Assembly (NCBI GenBank): GCA_964304625.1
Contig: OZ199840.1
Location: 5,569,200-5,633,199 of the forward strand
Direction of reading: 5' to 3'
Source: Kudoa neothunni
Lineage: Eukaryota > Animalia > Cnidaria
DNA: 64,000 nt
This document shows positions 28,491 to 42,879 of this stretch, piece after piece (position 1 is the stretch's first letter; each line of letters begins with the position of its first letter). Under the pieces are notes generated by a model. That model searched no databases. It had not been told where the DNA came from and worked only from the letters and a program-made list of their open reading frames with translations. The position numbers were made by a program, and so were the translations under genes.

Positions 28491-31400
28491 TTATTGCTGA
28501 GTTGTTTCTACCTCAGAATCAGACGAAATATCATCCATAGGAAATTCACTAAAATTATAATTTAGTTTCACATCAAACCGCCAATTCAACTACTCATCTA
28601 AAATGTTGAGCGCAGAGGAAGTAGTGGTCTCTATTGTATCATTATCAGCAATATCGACACGATCAATCAAGGACTCATTGCTATCGCTATCGTCATCGAC
28701 AATGACAGCAGATTTGTATTTATTTCTAAAGTCACAAAACAACATAAAAAATGAAACCGGCCAACAAAAATGTACTTGAGTGAAGTCCTCTTTCTATAGA
28801 AAAATATTATCAGAAAATAAACTAATTTGTTTACCTTTTTCTTGTGGATTTTCCTGTGCTTTTCGTGGCGGGCGAGGGTTCATCAGCTGATGCAATGGAT
28901 GCATTTTTCGAGGACTTTTTCGTCTGTGAGTGATTTACATATAGAATAATTAAACTTAAATGGATGAAAATCACTTTTTTTGGTTTGACATTATCATTGG
29001 ATTGTTCATCAGTGGCTTGTAGTTTGGAATGCATATTCTGAAGAAAGAGTTTACGTTTTTCTTCGAGTTCAATACGCATTTTCTCTTGTTGTTGAAGTAG
29101 TTCCAACTAAAAACAATAACCACTCTAAAAAGCCACCGTAGAAACCCAAACTCACTTTAGAATTCTCATTTCGAACCCGTATCTCCTCCAAAGCATCGTG
29201 ATATTTTTGTTTGTTTTGTTGGTCTTGTTTTTCTTTAAGAATTGCACGTTGAAGATGAAGCTGAGACTGGTCTAATGTTTCTGTACAGATTCTAATTGTT
29301 AGCGGTTATTATCTTGAGCAAAAATTATTCGCCACAATCAAAAATACTTAATTTGAAGCTGGCATCTTTCGGTTTCAAATTGGTGTGTTTCCATCAACTC
29401 ATTAAACGAACTATAATCAGTTAAGGTGATTTAGAACCACATTGGAAGAATAAGTTAATGTTCTCACTTAAGTGAAGTTTTGATATTATCTATGGCATTA
29501 TTCACAATAGAAACGGTAGCATTTTCGTCGCGAATAGCAACAATCGATTGATGCAACAAAGCAAGAGCCATATTGTACAAATAGAGATGGTTGTCTGGGA
29601 ACATATTCAACGAAATAGAGAGTTTTTCCACACATTCAGTGTAAAGTTTTTCAAAAAAGTAAGCTCGTGCGACGAAAAAATTTATTTTAGCAATCTCGTA
29701 AGGTTGGGTGACAAACTCGAGTGCTTTACTGTACATTTGGACAGCTACAATAAAATTTCTTAGCTTGAAATGTACATTTCCCAGATTGACATAGATAAAA
29801 TGGTTGAAAGTGGTGGTGTTAGTTTCACGTATCACACTGAATACATCTCTAGCATCTCGAAGGTTGTCTTGGTAAGCAAGCACACACCCAATCCCGTTGG
29901 CAGCATACACATTGTGAGGATTCTCCTCAAGCACTCGTTTGTAGTAGGATAGCGCGCGTTGATACAGCCGCTTTTTTCTCACTGGATCTCTGCAATGTTG
30001 TGAGGCTGTCCTCAACCATATATTGCCTAACGAAACCAACGAATAAGGGTCGTTGGAAGTGGATGTCATTTTGAGAACAATCTCAAATTGTTTTTGAGCT
30101 CGCAACAGGTCTCTTCGTTCAAGATAGTAATTGCCGAGGTAATAGGCGCTAGCACATATGTCGTCTTGGTAGACAACCCTCGAGCAGGTCAGCCAATTGA
30201 TCATCTCCTGACCGTTGCCATTCAACTGGCATAGATGAGCGATTCTGATCATTGCTAAAGCTATGGTGTGTGGATCCGAATATTTCACGTCCATATGCTT
30301 GATACCACGATGGGTAACCAAATCCAAGTATTCGGTAAAAGCTGCTTGATGATCATTACCCAATTCATGTACCCTACCTATGTTATATTTTATTCTACAA
30401 AGGGCTGAATGTTGGTTGAAATGGATTCGGTTGTAAAACTCGTTGGCAACAGAAGTGTGTTGCTCGGCAGCGGGATCGTTGGCTGCCAACTCATAAGCCT
30501 TTAACAAGTTTTCCATAGCTTCATTAACATTTGCCAACTTGAAATGACAGCACGCGATATTATTGTACAATTCAAAGGGAACATCAACTGAAGCCATATC
30601 AATAGCTTTAATGGCATTAGAGTAGTAAGGTATGGCACTCTAAGAAGGATTTATTAGTTTGTTTATTTGATATAAATTAGTCGGCAATTAACAACCGAGA
30701 GGGGCTAGAATAAAAATTGAGTGTGTTTATTGGTCCGTATGATTTTAATCTTTTATGATTTTGACGATAAAATAATATATCTAACCATTACAAATTTAGA
30801 GATGGATCATAAATAATTAATTATGCCATATGATAAGAAAAAAAATCTACATTTAACTTACAGATAAGAATTATGAAAAAGAAGATAGCGATTGCAAAAT
30901 AGACATTAAGATAAAATTTTCATAGACCAACAACCGTAAAAAGATAATTACTTTGGGGTTATTAACTGAGAGAATATCAGCACAAGCAATGAGAAGTTGT
31001 GTATCCCGCTTGTGGCACTGTAAAGTTTCACTAAGATCGTTCTATTGTGTATATAGGGTGAAACAAAACCCCTAATAGTTCTGAATTACCTCCATGGCAA
31101 TAGTACTATTTTCAAAAGTTTTACAAAGAATAACCCTCAAATAGAGAGTAACTATTTTTGTTAGCACGTCTTTTGGATAAATTTCATGGAGAGTACTAAA
31201 AATTTCATAGGCCTAACCAAATCAATCATCCTCTCGCATACACACACACACATCTAAAAAAAACCCATTACTTCTCTATATTCTCTTCTTGATATGTGAA
31301 CTTGACCCAAATTATAGCTCGCTATACGATGCGATTTGTTGAATCGAATAGATTTGTGATAGTTTTGAAAAGCTTCAGTGACATCACCCTAATTTTAATT

Positions 31401-34400
31401 TGATGATAATTGTTATTAATTCAAATTATATTTAATGTTTTAAGATTGTGAAACGAAACCAACTTCAAAAGATTTTTACCGCAACAATTGCATTAAATTA
31501 GTTCCATAAACTTGCAGGAACGATTATAAAATAAAAATATGGGTATATTTTTTCAAAACCTTGGCATGAAAAATGCGGATAAGATCAATAATTAATCTCG
31601 CAATATCTATTTTGGCGCGTTTCGAGGCACTTAGAATAAAGTATAAAAAAATAATACTGAAAATATTATTTTTAAATTTTACTAAAGGGGAGATAACTAT
31701 TAATAATAATAAAGATTAATTTTACTCTGTAATTAAAGAAAAATGAATTATATAATTGCTTTCGTCTCTATTAGTGATTAGTGTTGTCTCGATATGAACA
31801 CTACGTTTTGACTGGTACTCGCTAAAACTTGCCGATATCAAAAGCCGATACCAAGGAAATTTTAAGCTTTAAATAAAAAAATTTCTTTTAATTTCTTAGT
31901 ATTGGATGAAAAGTTAATAATATGAAATACTGTTAATTAATAGCGTAATAATTTTTATTTTCGATATCAGTACATTAAAATTTTTTCAACATAAATATCC
32001 CTATTTTAGTCAAAAATATTTTCATCACATTAATAAATTAAAATATCTGTTTTCGATCATTATTTTCCATGCACAAATTAATGTTATTTAAAGCAAAATT
32101 CCATTTTATGCAAAAGCATTAATTAAATTAATAAAAAAATTTTCAATGGAATAAATTTATACCATTCTACTCATAAAATTATTTTTACGTGAATTCTCTA
32201 GTGATTTTATTCGTTAAAGATTTCGTAATTATAATATGAATCGTTTTTACAAAATATAGTAGTTAAAAAAAATTCAAATTATACAAAACAAGAATTTAAA
32301 GAAAAAAAGTAGATTATATATTATTTGTGCTGTATGTTGATATGAACTAAAATATCTTAATTATCGAATGAACCTTTATTTGACAATTAAGTAAATTTAC
32401 TGAACTCAATCAATTAAATATTTCTTTATAAGAGTTATTTTACTTTTATTATATAATAAATAATCGTAAAGTAAAACATTAAATATTCCACTACATATTA
32501 GAGGTTTTATTCTAAACTGAAAAACTATAAAATAGATAGTGGAATACGGAGTCATAGGGGAAACTAACTCGATTATATTCGAGAAATGTTCATGTTAAAT
32601 TTTGGCAGTTATTTTTAAATCCAATAAAGCTCACAACTTATACGTTATAACTTATACGTTATAACTCATAACGTATAACGTATAATGTCGAGGCTTTTGG
32701 CTTGAAAAGATCATAAAAAGTTTGCAGTAAAAGTGTTAATTTTAATACTTTGCAAATCAAAATAGACACCCCATTTTATAAATATTCTTTAATACGTGAA
32801 CTTCAAGACTGTATTTATCCATCAATAATCGTTTTACTCATAATATTAATTAATTAATTAAAATTATTACATATCTTTCATTTTTTGTCATTATTAACTC
32901 GATATCTTAAATATTAGTAATTTTGGTAAAAACAAACACCATTTAAACATTTAGAACATTCTGTTAATCAAACCTTATCTTTTAGATTAGATGAGCATAA
33001 AAATCAAGTAAGATGTACTTAGTTTAAGTAAACGAAAATAAAAATTTACATTACTTATAACGTAGTAATCGATTTAAAATTGGATTCATTTTAAATCATA
33101 GTTAAATACTTAAATTCAGAAAAAATCGATAATGTAGGAATTACTTGTATGTGGAAAACCCGTCCGATTTGAAAACTACTTTCACTCTTGCTGAAATCGT
33201 TATCAGAGTTATCAAACGCAATCGTAGCAAGCTGTTTAGCCGTATCGTACTCTTTGTTAAAGAAAAAATGATTGGCCAAATAGTTTAACGATGTGGGGTG
33301 ACGTTTGTTGATGTGGTAGACCTTTTTAAAAAATCCCATAGCTTCTTTTATGCCAGTGGGCTAGAATGAACGAAACATCAAAACTTGTGCACTATTTACC
33401 ACTTGCTTACGTCAAATGTTGTGGTTTTAATAATTGCCAACGCCAACAAAGCCCCAACATGGTTAGGATCGATGTTTATTGTTCGTTCGAACGCAATTCT
33501 ATAACCACAATTCAATAATTGCAGCAGTTAATTATTAGAAAGTGAATTAAAATGAAAGCGGCTACATGGGCTAGTCAGATTCACTCAATTAGACAAAGAA
33601 TTGATTTCAAATAGTTAAAAATACGAGCAATAATAATAATAATATTTGATATGAAACTATGTATATTATATGTTTATTTTCAATTATTTTAATACAAGTC
33701 GGCTTAATTGTTGGCAGAGTAACATTTATTTTAATAATGGTCTATTCATTTGAAAAATTCTGCTCTATTATCTTAAGCTTGTGATACAAGTTAGATATTA
33801 ACGTTGAAATATAGTAGAAACACGATTTAAAACGAAAATAAATTTTGCGTGAGTATATTAATAATATTATTACAAACTAACGAATTCAAAGAGTGACACT
33901 TAAAAGTAAAAGATAAATAAAAGAACATCGACATGACTAAAAAATTGTTTGTGGCGCCGTACAAAACACTGCATCCTAATTTATTGTCGCAATAATCCAA
34001 ATAATGCATAAAAATATTAATACTCACGCGCAAATAACAACCACCTACTTGGCATCATCCAAACGACCCAATTTATACTGACAAACTCCAATGCCATATC
34101 GAGCGTCATCTTGATAAGAATCAAATCAACGAATAGGTATTTAGTTCGTGTTACTCGCATGCCGAGGGCACACCTGAAGAGCTTTTCGAAAATGAACCAA
34201 CGCAACCGCATACTCTTTTCTAGCAAGATACAAATAGGCCATGCCTACACACAAATCGAAATAAACAATCAACCACAACCACTCCACCTACCCATAACTG
34301 CTACAAAATTTTTGGGTTCCTTCAACAATCAATCAAATCTAATCCCAACCTAAAAAATTGTATTACTTGATCGAGAATAATTTTGAATTGCTCCTCCGCT

Positions 34401-34979
34401 TGCGACCAACACTCCTTCCCACTCATCAAATTCAAATAACCAGTTCCAATGATGTAGCTCTAAATTAAGCCCGCTCAAACACACAACAACCTCTCACTCT
34501 CAATCCACTTGGTCAATATTGGCCAACACCTCAGATGAGGATAAAATATTCCGAACCGAATCTAGATAGGAATCTTTGACCTCCTTTTTAAAACATTCGT
34601 TCGCTTTCATTAGATAATAAAAGGAAATCATATTTAAGGCTTGCAGACGATCAGCTTTAGACTGTTCATAGTCAGCGGATGCGGCTGGTAATGCCGATTC
34701 TAGCAGTTCGATCAATGCTGAATCGTTTCCTTGTTCGTGATATAGCTTCTAAACAAAAATTCATTTTTTTAACTTGTCGAGAAATCAATTACCGCCAACA
34801 GAATCCATTTTGAAAGTGGATTAGGTGCTGATTTTAACAACGGCAACAAATCCTGCGTTCTAGGAAGATCATTCGAATCTATCTCGATCATCTAAAACAC
34901 AGAGTTTCATATCACATCTGATGTAACTTTCAGGTACGCCATCCGAGCTGAAAATTGGAATACTCCCAATAGTTTCCAT
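28491..34979 (-). CDS. CTR9: RNA polymerase-associated protein CTR9 (PAF1 complex TPR subunit)
   Basis: N-terminus IEIDSNDLP...LIELLESA...DYEQSKADRLQALNMISFYY; LNYLANHFFFNKEY; NDPYSLVSLGNIWL...RALSYYKRVL...NVYAANGIGCVLA. Charged C-terminal tail. Many small introns plus a ~1.75-kb intron (about 31390-33143). Confidence 0.92.
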
Positions 34980-36224
34980 CTTGGTATATTCCTGCGTGCG
35001 CATACATGCAAAGGTATGAATAAACTCATCTAATTTGGTTGCTTCTCTGCAATAAGAGTTATTGCATAATTAAATGGTCTCGTTATTTAAATATAGATAG
35101 CATGAATTCAGCAGAGTTAGGTTGAAATAGAATTTAGCCACTTTAGGGACGTATTAGTGTTTCCCAATCTCGGGTCATTAAAAATGTTGTTAATTTTTGA
35201 TAATGTGGGAAAATTCATTTTAGTTTAATGTAATACAGGCTAGAAAGTGAATATATGCCTGAAATTAGGGTTTGATTATAATTAGTAGAGTTTAAATGCG
35301 AAATTGATTAAAGAATCTGTTTTTATATCAAGTAAAAGGGAATATCGATAGCATAGATATTAACCATTGATCTCCTTCTAAGAAATAGGAATGATAAATA
35401 TGTGTTCTAGTGGAATTAAATGTTATATCTCCTAAAAAAAAAAGAATAAAATCACCGCTTGATTTTTTTGTAGAATTTCAAATAATTTCATATTTTATAC
35501 TTCATATTTCATATTTAATGGTTGAATTATGATTTGTTTTCATTCAGTTTTATGTACAGGTGCACAAATGCATAAACCCCAACCCTCAATGAAACTTTTT
35601 GTGGCACGCGATGACCCCTGATTAATTAGATTAACTAGATTGACTAATTAAGTTCAGAGTTATGGTATAATTTTAAATGAAATGAAAACAGCATTCGATA
35701 ATTTTACTTCAATTGGTTGATTTAGATATTGAATATATCGAGAATACCTAATGAAATTACTGAAGTATTTTTTTGAGTTTTCTGTTGTATACGAACCGTT
35801 AAGAATGATATGTCAAAAAACCCTCTAAATTGGCAAAAAGATTTATTGCTATTAGCCAATCCACCGCGTGATATCGAAAAAACGTTTTTTAATCGAAGTT
35901 CGTATACCAATTTTAATTATTTAATCCTGAGAGTGTATGGAGAAGAAAATCATACAGGTACTACTGGGCGGATTTATGATTAAAAAATTTGCTTTACAAT
36001 GCTGACCCGAAGTTTAAGTTCTGTTAAAATATGATTAATAATTAGAATTAATTAAATTAAAATTTGACGCTAACTATAAACATCCGTTAGAGCTGATTAT
36101 GATCACATATTAAAGGGCAATTCAAACTACACTTCACATATACTCACACAACCATTTTTCTCACCCAAGGTATATTTCATATTTAATTCAGCTTTTTTTT
36201 ATTTCAATTCCAAGCTTAAATAAC

Positions 36225-36458
36225 TGAAATTCGAAAAAAAAGTTGATGAGGAGAATAGAAAGTTTAATGACGCCTGGACAGAAAAATATCGTTTTATTCA
36301 ACAGGGACGAATATTATTTGCTTCTTATGTCATTCAATTTAAAACACTTAATAAATTTATCCAAGCTCGAGCTATAACTTTAGTTTTAAACCGTCTAGTC
36401 CTGGAAGTTTTCCAAGATTAAAATTTGGTCCGGTGCTCCAAAAGTTTGTGCACCACTG
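36225..36458 (+). mobile_element. hAT (Buster/SPIN, GTF2IRD2-like) transposon remnant
   Basis: KKVDEENRKFNDAWTEKYRFIQQG..ICFLC resembles the Buster/SPIN transposase N-terminus. Right TIR reverse-complements to CAGTGGTGCACAAAC. Confidence 0.65.
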
Positions 36459-36547
36459 GTTTAATGTTTATTAGAAAAACCAAAAATATATTTCGTAAAA
36501 AACGAAGAAAAACTAATAGATTAAAATATATAATTTGAATTATAGTA

Positions 36548-37624
36548 CAGTCGAACTCCGTTTATCCTAAAATGTTGGGACCTAGCATCTTCCTTTCTGA
36601 TAATGAAATTTCGTTTAAACGAAGTTTGATGAATGCGCATGTGCGAAGGTAAAAAATTGTAAGTTGGTTGCATACTTTATTTTCCATTATTTAATGTTGG
36701 TTTTATATTTTTAACGAATATTCTACTATATATAATTTATGCTAGTGAATACAATATGAAAACATTAGTTCTAGATTTAGAGTAGAGTGTGCATGCGTAC
36801 TACAGATGTGGGATATTTTAACGCCACCGCGCCATATTTAAATTATAAATCCTAATATGAAAAAAATAAACTATCATTATTAATTTTTTATAGTTTTTCC
36901 TCAATATGGAGTATGGAGTATGGAGCATGGAGTATGGAGCATGGAATATGGATATTGTGGGTTGTATTGATAATGATGGTAAGAATATTAAAGTAACGAC
37001 GAGGAGTATTTCCCCAGAATTCTCCTTAACGATATTTAGAATTTACTTTTTAATTAAGATAAGTCATATTCCAACAATTTAATATTGATTAATGATTGTT
37101 AAGACTGAATAAAACTTAAAAATGGAGGTGTTATGAGAAAAACTGATGTATGAACATTGTTGAATTGAGTCAATCCCGTGGATAAATTGCTCTTATGAAG
37201 TCACTGATAGTTTGTGATTAAACAATTCAATTCAATTAATTTCATTTTTATATTTTATTACTCGTGAAAAGATATAAGGGAATTTGTGTTTACCCAACAT
37301 TTATTCTTTCATCAAGAATATGGTTGCATTTTGAACATAAAATACTATGTTATCTACGTTTCGCTATTTCTATTAATCAATCATAAACTTAAATTGAATA
37401 AATAACGAACATATGTATTAGAAAAATAAATGTAGGTGCCATTTTAACCAGGCACTAATCAAGACTTAAATCAAAGGCATTTTTATTCAAAGATTCCAGA
37501 AAAAATTGTCTCGATTTGCGGTTAAACGAAATTTTTTTATTTAGAGTCTACATCATTTTCAAATAAATTTTAAAAAATCGTCCGAGAAGCGCGATTTTCG
37601 GATAAACAGGACGGGGTTCGACTG
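36548..37624. mobile_element. pogo/Tigger-like MITE with internal 7-mer array
   Basis: TA flanks. TIRs CAGTCGAACTCCG and CGGGGTTCGACTG. About seven copies of (T/C)ATGGAG at 36905-36953. Confidence 0.7.
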
Positions 37625-38511
37625 TATATAGTTTAGAGTTGATCAGACTTGCCCAGATCGGATTTTTTGTGTTGTTTTGTTTACAAAGTCAAAGTCAAGC
37701 CCCTGCTGTAAATTATTAGGTTGTGAAGTTGGGGTTGGTTAGACCTTATTTATTTACATTGTAGTTACCTCAGCGTCATATTAAGGCGACTTACATTTAT
37801 GCTGTAGTTTGTGATTCTAACCCACTATTATCGTCGGGTTTTCAAAAACACCATCACCATCCTGATAAATAACTGCGGTTTATTATTATGGATGTATCAA
37901 GACGATTTTCTAGCATCTTTTGTAACCAATTAAATGATTTAATAACAGAACATATCGAAAAATTAAGTTATGTTAGTATTTAATAAAACATTTAGACTGA
38001 GAATGTAGAATTAATAACTGTTTAAAAATAGAATAATAATAATAATAATAGGAATCAGGTGCTTGTTGATTGATAAATCATATAGAAAAATTGCTCAAAA
38101 AATTAGTGGCTTCCACACCGTATTATTTACTAACCGGTAAAGTTTAGAATTTGATAATCATATTGTGGAATCGTTTATGAGAATTTCGAATAAAATATAC
38201 TTGAAATTATAATTTAATATTGTAGTATTGAAATATTGAAATATGCGGATTTATAAATCGTGAAAGTATTTCTAGCTGAATAGAGTAGATTCATTGATCT
38301 GCTTTACGATTTTATAATAAAAAAGTTCTATTTATAAATAACACTCATTTTCTAAACGAGAAAATCTTGTTTTGAATATTAATGAACTCATCTTTTCTAA
38401 ATGTAATATTTGAAAACTAAAATTAGGTAGATTTGTAACTGTTAACTCTATAGGACTAAAATGCCATAAAAATAAGAAAACTTTTCATAGCTATAATGAC
38501 ACTAGTGGCTT

Positions 38512-40622
38512 TTATATAAATGTATTGTGATTTTGAACTGCATCCAGGATATTTTCAACAATGACTTTGGTTTGGCGTTTTGGAATTCCATGGTTCTATA
38601 AAAAGATTTGTTAAATGATATAAACTTTCTTGAGATGTGATGAATTTAATTTAAATACTTTGTATTTAGTGAACTCGGTAGTCAATATGGCCACAAAAGT
38701 GCTTGTTATAATGGTAATAAAGACAAAAATGAAACACATGAAAAATATTCGACTGAGCAGCCAAACGGAGAATGTTTTTGTGCTCAACTCTTTAAATGTG
38801 ACAAAGAGATCGTCCCCATTGAGAAGACTGAAGAGAGTGATAACCGAGGTGGATATAGTCGAAAACTAAAAAATCATGATAAATTAAAATGGTTATTTTT
38901 AATTTAAATATTTTTTGAACCAAAAAGTTACCCTTCGATGATAGGGCCCGAATACTGAATGAGCAGTTATCGAGCAACCCACGAAAATAATACTCACACA
39001 AACTAGAAATCTTATCATTGGTTTCAGTGCAGTTTTGAGAGAGCATATAAGTATCTAAATAGGTAATTCTAATAAATTTGGAAGTTAATTAATAAATTTG
39101 GATAGCTATTACATGGAAATCATTCAAGTTATCCAACATCCTTATATTGGAAATAGAAATGATAAAATAGGCCAATGCCAATATCATTCCAAGAATATTT
39201 ATTGATTCTAGTGGGATCTATTTAATTATTAATATTATAAAGTTGAACAAAATCAAAATCACTCCATTCACAATAAATAATATCCAGTAGGAGGAAATCA
39301 TTATGAAGATATCCGATAGCACATAGAATATATCCCATGATTCGAGGAAAAGTAGTTTGTTTGAAAAGGTAAGTTGTTCGCCCATAAAATTTTTCATATA
39401 CAACTCCATCGTCTAATTCAAATTGTTTAATAAACTATCTATTTTGCTCTCTACCCTAGTTGAAATATACTTTGAGTAGGTATGTTAGATCGTTAAACGT
39501 TTTTGCAGTGATATAAGTCGAAAACCCACTCACCACTACAAGAAAACAGCTGACAACAACCAGCGGCAATTTGAATACATTTCCGTTGTCTATATAATAC
39601 ATTAATATATATATATATATCTGAGTAGAAACATTATCTAAAAGTCAACTTATCGATGATAATATAGATGGTTGGCAGGTGAGAGTTTTATGAGATATAT
39701 CTATTTCGTAGTTGTAGTTGTTGATTGAAGCTTTTCTTATATTGAATTCTATCTTGATTTTCAATGAAAAAAAAACGACACCAAACCTATTACTTCGGTT
39801 GTATGTGTATAACAAATAGGAGGGTATTTTCCATTGTAACCATTAAAGTTGATAGAGTAAAGATTGAACTTGATGACGAATCCTACCAAACTTTAGGGTG
39901 TTTCAAAACTTGTCCTGTTAGAATTCTACTCAATTATTACTCATTAAAGTAGTTTGCTTCGTATCTATCCAGCTTATCGAATTCTGATTGATTGTCAATA
40001 AAGGCACAATCATTCACTAAAATTTATTGATGAAGTTTTATTTGTTGAGCGAAAAAACAAATATGAGTACTTTCATTTTTAAATAAAGAGATTCCTTTGT
40101 AGGGTTTAGTACAGATCATAAAGTTTTGTGTGTCAGAAGAGATCGAAATTGAAATAGTTGGACTTTTAAAAACTCCGAACGTGTGATTCTTGAGATTGTT
40201 GTACTATTTAAGAGGTTAATGGAGAAAAGTAATAGATAAAAAAATTCATTCAATCCATTTACTGTATTCCAAGTTTTGTTCAACAAAGTGGTATAATCTT
40301 GTTTTTGAGGGATTGAATATTCGGAGGATCTTCTTTCGAAACTTTTCACTATTGTGTTCTCTATCCCTTTGGTGTAGTTGAGAAGTAGATCTCTGTTCAT
40401 GCAAAAGTATAAAACCTGATAATAATTTAAAGTCAACTTAAAAAACAGCCTCAATGCGCTTATTACTTGAATTGTAATGAGTATTAATTTGATTATGGGT
40501 AATGATAATTTTATGATTTTATTTTCAACTTTTAATCCTTTTCTACTTTTCAAATCAAACTGTTGTACCATTTTATTCACTGGACCATTTTCCAAGCTAT
40601 TGCTATCACTTTTGGTTATCAT
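38512..40622 (-). CDS. MCOLN: Mucolipin / TRPML cation channel (start may extend to ~40710)
   Basis: S1 IIKLILITIQ|VLYF; S3 FLESWDIFYVLSDIF; S5 ALKPMIRFLVCVSIIFVGC...FGPYH; pore TLFSLLNGDDLFVTF with the TRPML NGDD filter; S6 WLLSRIFFMCFIFVFITIITSTFVAIL. Confidence 0.9.
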
Positions 40623-40957
40623 GCTAGATAATTATTTTCTGTTCTTATGAAAATAAGACAAATTGCGACCTCCCCTTGGGGTTGATAATTCATTATGGAT
40701 AGCATCATTTTTGCTATAAATTTTTAATTGCGATATATATATCAAGTATTATATAATTAAATTATTATCTATTTTTATAAGCTTTTTTAATCACCTATTG
40801 ATTATAAAAATTATTATTACAAATTTATGTAATTAATTCCATTAAAAAATACATATTAATGTTTTATAATTGTCACTTTTTATATTTTTTTAATAAATTT
40901 TGATGAAATAGAAAATAATTTTAACTATTTTTTTCTTTCGTACTTTTACTATTGCGC

Positions 40958-41402
40958 ATGTGCAGTTTTATCCAAGTTAACAGTAGACAACTGAAACAAC
41001 TTTTGGACGATTTGTAATTGGATTTTGTTCGTTTCTATTGTCATCATTCCAATATAACATATTATGTTGTTTAGTATGATGGAATTTTTACCTATCGGGT
41101 GTGGAATAGCTAACCAAAGTGGTTTACCTATTGCATGTAATTTTTTTGATTGAAAAATTAAATTTTCTCCTAAAATTGGTGTATTGTGTATTGAAGGCCG
41201 CGGTGGGGTGACATTGGAGGATATTGCCTGGGCCATTCAAACCTATCACAACAACAATTATTCCGATGGTTCCACCCATGTGATGCTAAACAAACGACTT
41301 GAGTATGTGTTTGTTGATTTTTAATATTTTGTGGATTTGATTCATTTTTTTAGGAGATATTCGATATTAAAGAGTGGTGATTATTTTTTTATTATCAAAT
41401 AA
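40958..41402 (+). CDS. LAMTOR5: Ragulator complex subunit LAMTOR5 (HBXIP)-like roadblock protein, 90 aa, 4 exons
   Basis: Exons 40958-41013, 41075-41136, 41197-41302 and 41354-41402 splice in frame to MCSFIQVNSRQLKQLLDDFMMEFLPIGCGIANQSGLPIACRGGVTLEDIAWAIQTYHNNNYSDGSTHVMLNKRLERYSILKSGDYFFIIK. This resembles LAMTOR5 (LEQHLEDTM...VGVLCTDSQGLNLGCRG) and has a similar length. Confidence 0.7.
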
Positions 41403-42879
41403 ACCATTCAGTTGACGTGTAATATGGTTTTTATTTTTTTACTTTTTGTGTGTCTTTTTTTTCTTTAAATGAATAATCTTTCAAAATTTTACCGTTCCCA
41501 AATTATAATCTGTTTTGCGTTAAATATTCGCTTATTGAAACATGTTTAAGACCATTGTCGAATAAAAGTGTAAATAAGGGGCGAAATTAGATTAACAACT
41601 ATAACAGTTAGGTATATTGATTTTTCTGTTAAAATTCATAAATTTAATTAAATAAAATTAAATAAGATGATTTGAATTACGACGGATAATTGATTTTGCG
41701 TAATTCTCAACTTGCTGTGATTTTATGTGTTCCGAAACATCGAAAATATTAGGAAATATTTAGTTGGTATTAATTAAATTAAAGTTGGAAAAGTTTGTGT
41801 AGTAAAAATTAATTTCAAAAAGGCGAAATATCCTGCACGGTGCTATTCGAGACACTTCGTAATCCCCCGAACTGTATGGGGACTTTTCATACTTTATAAA
41901 TAACGGTAAAAATCAGTTAATGCCTACTGATTAAAACTGAATATAAAATTTTAAAAATATTTAAATCTTAGAACAATTTCAACACTGGATATAATTTCGA
42001 ATACGAAGAGGAGAGGAAATCAGTTGAATTAATAATAACAAGTGAATTAACATTGTCGAAAAAAATGACAAAATTTTATTTATTTTTATACCAAATCTAG
42101 CTACTTCCGACTTTTTGCGCTAGTATGAATAAAACTTTGGTATTTCGCGCTAAAAAAGTTAGACCAATCCTCCGCTTCCGATTTTTCATATTCTTTTGTC
42201 ATCTCAAAGGAAAGGAAGAAAATTCGGTTAAATATTGTAACTGACGCAAAATTCCCTTAACCCTCAAATACCTGGAGGTGGTCATTGTGGCCAATCAACT
42301 CAGCGCATATTATATCAATAACTTTTACAAAATATTTTATTTTCTTGTTTCCCTACGTGTATTTTATAGTATAATGATGCTTTTGAAAATACTTAAATAA
42401 TGGAGTTTGCATTTAATTTTTTCGCTTGAAATCAAAGAAAGAAAAAAAGCTGCATGAATACCTGAATATGCTCACCATATAAAGCAGCGTTTCCCAACCT
42501 TTTTTTTCCATACCCCATATTCTTCAAAAGCATTGATTTTTTTATTTAAACTGCTTATAATTTTGAATCGAGCTTCATGTCACGTCCAAATTTGAAAATG
42601 ATTAATATTTACTTGTCTTAACATTAATAATGAGGTATATTCGATCAGATCTTACTTGATTTATCGATAAACCTTGAAAATTAACATCTTTATTTCTTCA
42701 TGCCGTCAAAAACAAGGTTTTGTGAAATTCGTTCTAATCTAGCTAACATCAAGCAAAACTTTCGTATTCACGGTTATTATCAAATCAAAAGAAATAATCT
42801 ACAGAGAAAATCGACTAATATTATATAGGTTAAAATAAAATCAGAGGGATCACGATTATAAATGAGACAAAATTGGGAT

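Noticed and set aside
32638-32690. Resemblance to a loxP site (ATAAC..CGTATAATGT)
   Set aside because: It lacks the 13-8-13 architecture and the TTC core; an AT-rich coincidence.
40949-41236. 95-aa minus-strand ORF as a gene or mucolipin exon
   Set aside because: It is the antisense shadow of the spliced LAMTOR5-like gene on the plus strand.
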